In this document: in pieces, positions 9,490 to 17,844 of the stretch
How positions within the stretch are numbered: position 1 is the first letter of the stretch
Layout of the letters: each line of letters opens with the position of its first letter
From: Cellulosilyticum sp.
GTDB taxonomy: Bacteria > Bacillota > Clostridia > Lachnospirales > Cellulosilyticaceae
DNA: 32,000 nt
Assembly: GCA_017941635.1 (NCBI GenBank)
Contig: JAGAVZ010000107.1
Span: 1 to 32,000, forward strand
Direction: 5' to 3'
Made by a program: the position numbers and the translations under genes
The notes under the pieces: generated by a model
Databases searched by the model: none
The model's input: only the letters and a program-made list of their open reading frames with translations
Told to the model about the DNA's origin: nothing

Positions 9490-10047
9490 TTAAGCTCTAC
9501 CTGTGTATTCACCTGTACGAGTATCGATACGGATTCTTTCACCTTGGTTGATGAATAATGGTACCATTACTCTTGCACCAGTTTCAACGATAGCTGGTTT
9601 TGTAGCACCTTGTGCTGTATCACCTTTAACACCTGGTTCTGTTTCTGTGATTTCAAGTTCAACAGAAAGTGGTGCTTCGATAGCGAATACTTCACCTTGG
9701 TGAGAAGCAATTTTAACCATTTCGTTTTCTTTAACGAATTTTAATGAATCGCCAACTGTTTCTTCGTTTACAGCGATTTGGTCATATGTGTTTACATCCA
9801 TGAAGTGGAATAATTCGCCATCTGAATATAAATATTGCATATCTTTACGTTCAATGTGTGCTTTTGGCACTTTTTCAGATGGACGGAAAGTTCTTTCTAC
9901 TACACCACCTGTTTTGATGTTTTTTATTTTACAACGTACGAATGCCGCACCTTTACCTGGTTTTACGTGTTGGAATTCAACGATTTGATAAATGTTACCT
10001 TCGAATTCGATTGTAACACCATTTCTAAAATCACCTGCTGATATCAT
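9490..10047 (-). CDS. efp: Translation elongation factor P
   Basis: 185 aa with the typical N-terminus [27 protein letters not shown], including the modified-lysine loop KPGKG. Confidence 0.97.
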   Translation of the reverse strand: MISAGDFRNGVTIEFEGNIYQIVEFQHVKPGKGAAFVRCKIKNIKTGGVVERTFRPSEKVPKAHIERKDMQYLYSDGELFHFMDVNTYDQIAVNEETVGDSLKFVKENEMVKIASHQGEVFAIEAPLSVELEITETEPGVKGDTAQGATKPAIVETGARVMVPLFINQGERIRIDTRTGEYTGRA

Positions 10048-10120
10048 TACGGTTCCTCCTAAATATCTTTTCTAATATAGTGTAAACTACATTATTAAAT
10101 TTTTCAACGATTTTTTTGTT

Positions 10121-11206
10121 TTAATTGATAATAATAAGTTCCTTTGGCGAATGTGTGAAGTTTTTAATGCCATCTTTTGTCACAACTACCATATCCTCAA
10201 TACGAACACCACCAAAGCCTGGAAGGTAAATTCCCGGTTCTACAGTAATGACCATACCTTCTTCTATTACTTGTTCTTCTGCCATTGAAAATCTTGGATT
10301 TTCATGAATTTCAATACCTACACTATGTCCTAAACCATGACCAAAGTAATCGCCATAACCTTTATCTTTAATATAATCTCTTGCCATAGCATCTACTTCT
10401 TTACCTTTTAAGCCTGCTTTAGCACCTTCTAATGCTCTTTTTTGTGCTTCCAAAACTGTTTCATAGATTTCTTTATGTTTTTCACTTGCTTCACCAATAA
10501 CGACTGTACGTGTCATATCTGAGCAGTATCCTTCATAAACACATCCAAAATCCATAACGACAAAGTCACCTTTTTTAAGTGGTTCGTCACCTGGCACAGC
10601 ATGTGGTAGTGAAGATTTTGCTCCCGAAGCTACAATTGTACTAAAAGAAGTTGCTGTTGCCCCATTTTGACGCATCACACGTTCAATCTCAAGTGCCACT
10701 TCATTTTCTGTAAGCCCATCTTTCCAACGTGCTTCAATAAAAGGTACAATCGCTCTAAATGCTAAGTCACCAATACTTTCAGCTTTGGCAAGTTTCTCAA
10801 GCTCCGCTTCTTCTTTAATTTGTCTAAAGCGCTCAATCACACCTTTTGTAGGTACCCATGTGATACTATTTGCTTTTTGAAGTTCTTCATAAGTACTAAA
10901 GCTGACATGTTCTGATTCAAAACCAATTTTCTTTAAATTCATCGCCTCAGCTTCTGCTAAAACAGCACCTAATAACCCTTTTTGCTTTTGGTCTACGCAT
11001 TTAAAGTCTGGACATTGATTAGCTACCTGCTCAAGGTATCTGAAATCCGTTACGATGACTGGTGTTTCATTTAATGTAATGAGTAACATCGCATTAGATC
11101 CTGTAAAACCACTTAGATACATACGATTCGCTTCACTTCCAATAATCATTGCATCTAATCCATTTTCTTTGATATATACTTGTAATTTTTGTACACGATT
11201 ATTCAT
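10121..11206 (-). CDS. M24B-family Xaa-Pro aminopeptidase/dipeptidase (YqhT-like)
   Basis: 361 aa. Creatinase-like N-domain plus the pita-bread catalytic domain, with metal-ligand motifs DFGC.YEGYCSDMTRT, HGLGHSVGIEIHE and VEPGIY..G.GGVRIED. Conserved position upstream of efp. Confidence 0.9.
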   Translation of the reverse strand: MNNRVQKLQVYIKENGLDAMIIGSEANRMYLSGFTGSNAMLLITLNETPVIVTDFRYLEQVANQCPDFKCVDQKQKGLLGAVLAEAEAMNLKKIGFESEHVSFSTYEELQKANSITWVPTKGVIERFRQIKEEAELEKLAKAESIGDLAFRAIVPFIEARWKDGLTENEVALEIERVMRQNGATATSFSTIVASGAKSSLPHAVPGDEPLKKGDFVVMDFGCVYEGYCSDMTRTVVIGEASEKHKEIYETVLEAQKRALEGAKAGLKGKEVDAMARDYIKDKGYGDYFGHGLGHSVGIEIHENPRFSMAEEQVIEEGMVITVEPGIYLPGFGGVRIEDMVVVTKDGIKNFTHSPKELIIIN

Positions 11207-11219
11207 AATTTTCCACCTT

Positions 11220-11717
11220 TTAAGATATTGTCTCTAGACAAGTTAGTATTTCCTGCGTGATTTCATTTACACTTTTCTCTTGACAATTTATTCTAACCTG
11301 ACTTGATTGTTCATACAAGTCTAAACGACTTGTAAATCGCTCTTTAAGTGATTCATAGGAAGTTGCAAGTGGTCTATTTGAATCGCCTGCAATCCTTTCA
11401 TAGAGTGTCTCAAAAGGATACTCTAAATAGATACTTATTTCATTCTTTAAAACAACTCTATTATCAGGTGTTGTAATAATTCCACCCCCTGTTGAAATCA
11501 CAAGTTCATCTTGAATCAATAGTTCATTTAAAGCCCCTTGTTCTAGCCTTCTAAAATAAGCTTCTCCATATTTTTCAAAAATATCACTAATGGATTGATT
11601 GGATTTTTTTTCTATATACTGATCCAGATCTATCCAACGAAGATTTAATCGTTCACTTAATGAACGCCCAATAGTCGTTTTGCCACTTCCCATGAATCCA
11701 ATTAAACAAATCCTCAT
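11220..11717 (-). CDS. aroK: Shikimate kinase
   Basis: 165 aa with Walker A GFMGSGKTTIGR and an ISTGGG segment typical of AroK. Confidence 0.9.
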   Translation of the reverse strand: MRICLIGFMGSGKTTIGRSLSERLNLRWIDLDQYIEKKSNQSISDIFEKYGEAYFRRLEQGALNELLIQDELVISTGGGIITTPDNRVVLKNEISIYLEYPFETLYERIAGDSNRPLATSYESLKERFTSRLDLYEQSSQVRINCQEKSVNEITQEILTCLETIS

Positions 11718-11767
11718 ACACCCACCTCTTTATCTATATTGAATAATAAATTTAAAACTGCACTGAT

Positions 11768-11799
11768 TATACTCAGTTTTTTATATACTCAGTTTTTTA
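11768..11799. repeat. Perfect tandem duplication of a 16-bp unit (TATACTCAGTTTTTTA x2)
   Basis: 11768..11783 and 11784..11799 are identical, followed by a partial third copy (TAT). Intergenic, upstream of aroK. Confidence 0.9.
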
Positions 11800-11813
11800 T
11801 ATCCTCTATTCTT

Positions 11814-12254
11814 TTATATTTTTTCATAATATACCCTAACTTTACTTGTTGCAACATCTATTGTAATTCTAGCTTGTCTTTTAATACTTTTATCTATAAT
11901 CTTAAGTGTTTGTGCATCGTGTGTTGAAATATCTCCTGCAAACACAATCATATAATCCTTTAAATTGGGTGCCTTTAACTCTTGATTTTGAGTGAGATAT
12001 ATTGTATGTGTTGCATCTGCTCTCTCGTTCCTTATAGATACATGATCATCTAGAATTAAAACATTATACTGTTGACCTGAAATAGCTGCTGCCTGTTTCG
12101 CATATTCAATTGCTTGAACGATTTGATGAGCTGTTGTTTCCAAGGCTACCCTACTTGCCTCTTTATAGGATATCACAATTCCCGATCCTACAATTCCTAT
12201 TAATAATAGAACAATGACCATTTCTATCAATGTATAGCCTTTCTCCAGTTTCAT
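11814..12254 (-). CDS. Prepilin-type minor pilin, GspH/FimT-like
   Basis: Class III signal MKLEKG|YTLIEMVIVLLLIGIV with Glu at +5. The following ..A.QIVQAIEYAKQAAAISGQQYNVLI..VSI pattern resembles GspH/FimT-type pseudopilins. RBS is AGGAG. Confidence 0.7.
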   Translation of the reverse strand: MKLEKGYTLIEMVIVLLLIGIVGSGIVISYKEASRVALETTAHQIVQAIEYAKQAAAISGQQYNVLILDDHVSIRNERADATHTIYLTQNQELKAPNLKDYMIVFAGDISTHDAQTLKIIDKSIKRQARITIDVATSKVRVYYEKI

Positions 12255-12311
12255 CTCTCTACTCCTGTTTTTTATAAAGGATAGACCACTTTTCTTTTTT
12301 TCATTCCATTT

Positions 12312-12356
12312 TATAAAAAAACAAACCTAAAGACTTGTTTGTCTTAGGCTTGTTTT
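12312..12356 (-). terminator. Probable rho-independent terminator overlapping the yqeG stop codon
   Basis: Minus strand reads AAACAAGCCTAAGAC-AAACAA-GTCTTTAGGTTTGTTT followed by TTTTTAT. The stem is imperfect (one G.U pair, one bulge). Confidence 0.45.
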
Positions 12357-12853
12357 GCTTGCCATTTTTTATAACTTTTTATCACTTGGCGCTCTAAGCC
12401 ACGTTTAATTTTTGTTTGCCATTCATCTTTATCACTAATCGGCGAAACAAGATACGTACGAATCCCTGTACAGTTGCCACCATAAACATCCGTAAAAATT
12501 TGGTCTCCTACAATAATCGCTTCTTCCTTTTTACACCCCATCATATCTAATGCTTTTTTTAGATTTTTAGTAAGTGGTTTTTGGGCTTTATGCAGTGCTA
12601 ACACTTTAAGCTTTTCATTAAATTTAATCACACGGTCCTCTGTATTATTAGATACAAGTGTAATTTTAATACCTGTCTTTTGAAGCGCCTCAAAGAAAGT
12701 AATAATTTCTTCTGTAGGCTCTGCTACATAATAAGGCACTAAGGTATTATCAATATCAAAAATAATCCCTTTCACGCCTTCTGCTTTTAATGTTTCAATA
12801 TTCAAATCAAATATTGAGTCAATTGCCTTTGTTGGATATAATATTTTAATCAT
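12344..12853 (-). CDS. yqeG: YqeG-family HAD-IIIA phosphatase
   Basis: Close parallel to B. subtilis YqeG (GVKGIIFDIDNTLV, KITLVSNN, IVGDQIFTDVYGGN). Start set at MIKIL (12853). The track ORF starts 4 codons earlier (12865). Confidence 0.88.
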   Translation of the reverse strand: MIKILYPTKAIDSIFDLNIETLKAEGVKGIIFDIDNTLVPYYVAEPTEEIITFFEALQKTGIKITLVSNNTEDRVIKFNEKLKVLALHKAQKPLTKNLKKALDMMGCKKEEAIIVGDQIFTDVYGGNCTGIRTYLVSPISDKDEWQTKIKRGLERQVIKSYKKWQAKQA

Positions 12854-12943
12854 GTTTCTCCTCATATCTTTCTTTTGCCACTTTTTATCCTTTTAAGAAA
12901 TTGTTCCTCTTACTTGGTTTCTATTTTTTGTGACATGTATTTT

Positions 12944-14158
12944 TCATGTGCCTCTAATGGGTTCCATCTCTAAAAATTGAATAGAATGAACTTTTCCTTT
13001 TTCCATTCCTACAAAATATTTATAGTTATAATATACTATTTGATGATTATTTCGTAAAGCCTTCATCGGAATCACCACTATATATTTAGGATGATTCTTT
13101 GTGCCATATGCACTTGGAATGTAGCCTATGTCTTGCGGCATCATTTCTAATTGAACAATATCATCTTTATAGGGCATAATCGTCTTTGGATTATATTGTA
13201 AATAATTTTCTTCATTAATGGATATTTCATTGATAAGCCCTGCATCATACCACATTTGTGCAAAAAGTTTACTACTTGTATCATAAGTCTTCTCATAATA
13301 AGTCATATCCTCTTTATAGGAACCCATTATATACTCAAATACCTTATTAAGTGTTGCTTTTTCCTGATTTGTTATTTGCTGCTTATACGGTAGGCGTGTA
13401 ATATATTGTGTATCTAACCAATGTGCCTTATATTTTGTATCCACACCCCATAACGCTCTATTATTCATTCGTGTGATTTGAAATTTCTTTTGTTTTTTCA
13501 CTGCAATACAAAGGATTTGCTCTAGCTTTACTTCATCCTTTTCTTCTAATAAACTCGCGTCATCTTTTTGATGATTTTTTTCTACTTTCTCTTCCCAATA
13601 ATTGATTGTTTCATTCCATCTATACTTTTCATAAAAAGCAGACTCCAAATAACATCCATTGGTTGTGATTACAGCTATTTCATAAAGCATTTCATCCCCT
13701 AAATCTTGTATGGATTGAATTTTTATCCCCTCTACCACAGCATGTCCACTTATAATATACTCATTTAACTTAATCCATTTGGGCATATTGAGCTTATCAT
13801 ATAGGTATTGCTTTTCTATTTTTCTAATGAGCTCTGGTGCTAAATAGGAGCCTAATTTTTTCTTAATAAGCAAACTATAGTTTTGACTTAGGTTGTTCCA
13901 GTAATCCTCATCTACTTCACTTCTCATTTGATTCAATTTTAAAAGTTCGCTATCTGTAAATGAAAAGTATTGTATCAGAACAGGCTCAAAATCCTCTGCT
14001 TCAAATTGATATGTTTTTTCCTGTTCATTGCTATAAGCTGTTGTCATACAAGTTTCTAATTTTATTTCTTCATCTACATCTGGTAATACCTGCTCCTTAG
14101 AGCAACCTACTAAAACCAACACATAAACCAGTAAGAATAAATATTTCCCCCTTTTCAT
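12944..14158 (-). CDS. Lipoprotein of unknown function, last gene of the pilus operon
   Basis: Lipobox signal MKRGKYLFLLVYVLVLVG|C. The ATG lies 3 nt after the stop of the upstream 823-aa gene, with the SD inside that gene's 3' end. No family recognised. Confidence 0.75.
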   Translation of the reverse strand: MKRGKYLFLLVYVLVLVGCSKEQVLPDVDEEIKLETCMTTAYSNEQEKTYQFEAEDFEPVLIQYFSFTDSELLKLNQMRSEVDEDYWNNLSQNYSLLIKKKLGSYLAPELIRKIEKQYLYDKLNMPKWIKLNEYIISGHAVVEGIKIQSIQDLGDEMLYEIAVITTNGCYLESAFYEKYRWNETINYWEEKVEKNHQKDDASLLEEKDEVKLEQILCIAVKKQKKFQITRMNNRALWGVDTKYKAHWLDTQYITRLPYKQQITNQEKATLNKVFEYIMGSYKEDMTYYEKTYDTSSKLFAQMWYDAGLINEISINEENYLQYNPKTIMPYKDDIVQLEMMPQDIGYIPSAYGTKNHPKYIVVIPMKALRNNHQIVYYNYKYFVGMEKGKVHSIQFLEMEPIRGT

Positions 14159-14161
14159 CTC

Positions 14162-16633
14162 TTACACCTTCTCCCTATTCCGTTTCAATGATTCAATTTG
14201 AATAGATATATTTCCTGTGTTTATTTCTAGAATAGATGCCTTACTATATTTTAATGCAGATTTCGTATAAATATTTTGTGGTGCTATAATCTCTTCCAGC
14301 TCACATTTTGTGTGATTTGTAAGTTGCAGCGCATCTAATAGCTCACGATATAATTTATGATTTTGTACTTGCACATCCAAAAACACTTGTGCATTGTGTA
14401 TTATTTCCACCTCACCTTCTTTCACCAATACACCTGCTCTTTTACCTTCAAAGATTTCGCTTCTCTCATTAAGTGCCCCCTTTTCCTCTGGTCCACCAAC
14501 TATAATGCCACCACAAATCTTTACATCACGTCCTAGTTCCACAGGTCCTGCACTAATAATCCATCCATTCAATAAATTTTTTCCTTTTTCTGCTGTAACC
14601 TTAAGTGTTTTGTTTTTATCTTTATTAATGATAATCGTGGGATATGGAAAGATTGTACCATTTGCTTTTACATAATAGTCCTTTAAGGCAATTTCTGTTT
14701 TTCCTAATTCTATAGGTGTTGCATAGCTCCATTTATTTTCATCAACGCTTATTTTAGATAAGTCTATGACATCTATAAAGCTATTTTCATTTAATAAACC
14801 ATCTGTGCTCTGATCATAAAACAAAGCACGCATCAGTGTCATATAACCTTTAATTCCTTCATAAGTGGCATCTCGCACAACACCTAAATTCCTACTAGAC
14901 CATATACCCTTTCCTGACAAATTTTCATGAGCTGAACCTGCTAAAACGGTATTTACCTTATCTTTATATTCCCTATCTATTGATCCATCCATTAACTCAT
15001 CTATTTGACGATGGTTTGAACCGGCACGCATGAAAAAAACGCCCCAGGCAGCCAAGTCATTATTGGCAAACCCTGACCACTTACACACTTGCCCTACCTT
15101 TTGAACATCATTCTGACCGGAATCTTGTCCTGATACTCTTCCTATGGCATATGAATACTTAAAATTTGTTTTAATTTTATCTGCTGCAATCATTGTGATA
15201 AATGGTGAATCAGACTCTAAATAAGAGGCATTCGCCTCACAATCTTCTCCTGTTTGATACCCCTCCCAAGAAGTTACCCCACCAAAAGGTTCCCCTATGC
15301 TTTCCCATAAACGCATAGGCTTTTTTCCATCTAAACAAATAAAGGGTTGTCCTGCAACATACATGCGACCTGCCTCAATCAAACATTTTGGTCCTTGTGA
15401 GAAAACACCACTACTTTGATTAGGATTTGTTATTTCTCCTATACCACCACCTACCCCAAACAACGTTTTCTTAATATGAATTCCTCCAGCATTTACCCAT
15501 CTTTCAATGAGTACATCGTTATCTACCATAGCATTTTGACCAATATTTATTTTTATATTTTTTGCTTGGTTCTCTTCCTTATAAGGTTTTTGATTTTTTC
15601 CTGTTTCATAAAAATCATCTACAATGCCTATGGTATGTGCAATTGCATCCTCGCCAATTGTAATGTGCGTATGTGCATTATACTGATTATCTCCCCATCC
15701 ATTTGCGGCTACGATATTCCGCGTACAATATACATTCTTTTCCACCTCAATCTGTCCCCCATTAGTCGCAATAACACCTCCTGTTTGGTCTACTTCAGGA
15801 TAAATCACACGATCCTCATTTCTTATCTCTTCAATATTAGGCCTTCCTCCTACTCTTACATCCCCAGTATCTTCTTCTGGGTCATCTGTTTTTACAACAA
15901 GTTTCCCTTTTCCACTTACCCATATATCCGAATAGGCTAACAAAGCACTATTTAAAATATCTGGTACACCATTAGCCCACTCATAACTTTCATGAATTTG
16001 ATTTTCTATATTCTCTGGCATAGTAAGTTTTAAAATCGCCTCTACCACTTGCTCATCATAAATTTGAGACCCTTTCATTGTCTTAGCCGTTGCAATAAGT
16101 TTAAATTGATTTTCATCTAGCATCTTATTAGAGCCATTTTCCTGAATTACTTCTATCTTAATTTTTGTCACAGCTTGACTTACTGGTCGATCGCTTTGTA
16201 CTTTGTATGTTATGATTTTATCTGCTCCCACATAACTTTCTTTTAAATAATTGCAAACAGCCGTTTGCAGAAGGCCTTTTAAATCATCATTCGCCATTAA
16301 AATATGCTGACTAATATCATGCACCACTGTACTCTGTCTAATATCTTTTGCCACCATACTTTCAATATAATGCGGTGAAATCTCTTCTTCTATTATTTGA
16401 GATAATTTTCTCTCTAATGCTTGATTCATGGTATCGACTTGTTTCTCAATAGCTGATTTGGCTAAATAATAGGTATTGCTCGTGTTTCTTTTTAAAATTG
16501 CTAAGTCAAAGGCCATGCTTGATAGGGTGCTACTCATTGCAATCATCAAACTAATGATTAATAAGATAATAGTTGTAATGAGTATCGTACTACCTCTTTG
16601 ATTAGATTGCCTATTTCCTATTCCCCTTAACAC
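14162..16633 (-). CDS. Giant PilX-N-terminal-like (PilK/GspK-type) pilus-associated protein
   Basis: GTG start with AAGGAGG 6 nt upstream. The N-terminus ..NQRGSTILITTIILLIISLMIAMS...YYLAKSAIEKQ matches the PilX_N pattern (QRGS, hydrophobic helix, no Glu5). The remaining ~750 aa have no recognised family. Confidence 0.7.
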   Translation of the reverse strand: MLRGIGNRQSNQRGSTILITTIILLIISLMIAMSSTLSSMAFDLAILKRNTSNTYYLAKSAIEKQVDTMNQALERKLSQIIEEEISPHYIESMVAKDIRQSTVVHDISQHILMANDDLKGLLQTAVCNYLKESYVGADKIITYKVQSDRPVSQAVTKIKIEVIQENGSNKMLDENQFKLIATAKTMKGSQIYDEQVVEAILKLTMPENIENQIHESYEWANGVPDILNSALLAYSDIWVSGKGKLVVKTDDPEEDTGDVRVGGRPNIEEIRNEDRVIYPEVDQTGGVIATNGGQIEVEKNVYCTRNIVAANGWGDNQYNAHTHITIGEDAIAHTIGIVDDFYETGKNQKPYKEENQAKNIKINIGQNAMVDNDVLIERWVNAGGIHIKKTLFGVGGGIGEITNPNQSSGVFSQGPKCLIEAGRMYVAGQPFICLDGKKPMRLWESIGEPFGGVTSWEGYQTGEDCEANASYLESDSPFITMIAADKIKTNFKYSYAIGRVSGQDSGQNDVQKVGQVCKWSGFANNDLAAWGVFFMRAGSNHRQIDELMDGSIDREYKDKVNTVLAGSAHENLSGKGIWSSRNLGVVRDATYEGIKGYMTLMRALFYDQSTDGLLNENSFIDVIDLSKISVDENKWSYATPIELGKTEIALKDYYVKANGTIFPYPTIIINKDKNKTLKVTAEKGKNLLNGWIISAGPVELGRDVKICGGIIVGGPEEKGALNERSEIFEGKRAGVLVKEGEVEIIHNAQVFLDVQVQNHKLYRELLDALQLTNHTKCELEEIIAPQNIYTKSALKYSKASILEINTGNISIQIESLKRNREKV

Positions 16634-16650
16634 CTTTTGCCTCCTTAGCT

Positions 16651-17829
16651 CTATACACTACTATGATAACTATATAAATCTATCATTTTCTTAATGACTT
16701 TACCCTTTTCCCCATGAATCGGATTTTTGTCTCTTACTATAATAACAATTAAATAATTTTCACTCATTATTTCTGGATTTCCAAAGCAAATTGTACTTTT
16801 CCCTCTTCCTTCATCTTGTGCCATCACATGGAATCCACTATCAAACATTTGACCTGGTACATTATTTTCATCTAAATTGGATTGAATCCATATGACTTGA
16901 TTAAATGCCGTTGTATTAACAAACTTTAATGTATAGCTACTTTCATAATTCTTACTATAATTACTCCTATTAGTATTGATATTACTTTTGTTATTATTTC
17001 TATCATATTCAGTAAAAAGTTTTTCCGCCTCTCTTTGTAATAATGGACTTAAATCCACTTGAATTACACTGGTATACTGACTTGGATTGACCACCTGCTC
17101 TCCTTCATATGTTATTCTATATTGAGAGCCACACACCTTTCCTTGTGATTCAATCACAGTTTCTTCATCCCACTGGATATCAGAATCTACTCTTTCACCC
17201 TCATCTTGACTTGTGAATGTAATCTTATTGATATCTATAATCTTTTCTTCACAATCATATAGATTATATACATTTGTGCACCTTACAAAGCGCTGCAACA
17301 TGTCATCTGTTATCTTAAAGGTAATAGGGCTTTCTAACTTGCCATAAAAGTCATGATCAAATTGATAAATGCTTTGTTGGTCAGTATAAAACTTTATTGC
17401 CTTTTCCAAAGTTTGAGCGTTTACGGTAAAGACATCCTCCACAAACTCAAGCTCTTCTATATGCCACAAAGCAATCTCATAAGCATATTGATTGGTATGA
17501 AATCTTTTCTCTATTGCATTTTCCTCTAACACTTCTTTAAAGAAATTACTAAGTGTCTCCTTTTTAGCTACTGCCCAATCATTTATAGGAATTTGTTCAC
17601 TTTCAGTACTATACTTTCTTACAATATCGTGGGTTATTTTTTCCTTGATCGCTAATAATAAACTTTCTGTACAGTTTGTCACTTCCTGTATTCTTTCTGC
17701 TGCTATTTTCGTCTTAACGATTGTCAAAAACGAATCGCTTAATGGGCCTACTACCAAAGCAACAATACACAAACATATAATGATTTCAAAATAAGTAAAT
17801 CCGCCGTCACTCCCTTTATCGTTTTTCAT
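16651..17829 (-). CDS. Large prepilin-type protein (minor pilin, 392 aa)
   Basis: Class III signal MKNDKGSDGG|FTYFEIIICLCIVALVVG with Glu at +5. ATG 17829 has GAAGG 9 nt upstream (the track uses a TTG at 17838). Confidence 0.75.
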   Translation of the reverse strand: MKNDKGSDGGFTYFEIIICLCIVALVVGPLSDSFLTIVKTKIAAERIQEVTNCTESLLLAIKEKITHDIVRKYSTESEQIPINDWAVAKKETLSNFFKEVLEENAIEKRFHTNQYAYEIALWHIEELEFVEDVFTVNAQTLEKAIKFYTDQQSIYQFDHDFYGKLESPITFKITDDMLQRFVRCTNVYNLYDCEEKIIDINKITFTSQDEGERVDSDIQWDEETVIESQGKVCGSQYRITYEGEQVVNPSQYTSVIQVDLSPLLQREAEKLFTEYDRNNNKSNINTNRSNYSKNYESSYTLKFVNTTAFNQVIWIQSNLDENNVPGQMFDSGFHVMAQDEGRGKSTICFGNPEIMSENYLIVIIVRDKNPIHGEKGKVIKKMIDLYSYHSSV

Positions 17830-17844
17830 AATAACCAATTACCT

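Noticed and set aside
11739-11927. 62-aa plus-strand ORF spanning the aroK-pilin intergenic region
   Set aside because: It has a TTG start without an SD and an F/I/L/Y/C-rich nonsense-like product. It overlaps the 3' end of the pilin gene in antisense.
15416-15940. 174-aa plus-strand ORF inside the 823-aa gene
   Set aside because: It is entirely antisense to a well-supported gene. The product is low-complexity (I/F/Y/C/S-rich), as expected from the reverse frame of AT-rich coding DNA. It has no SD, and I treated it as spurious.
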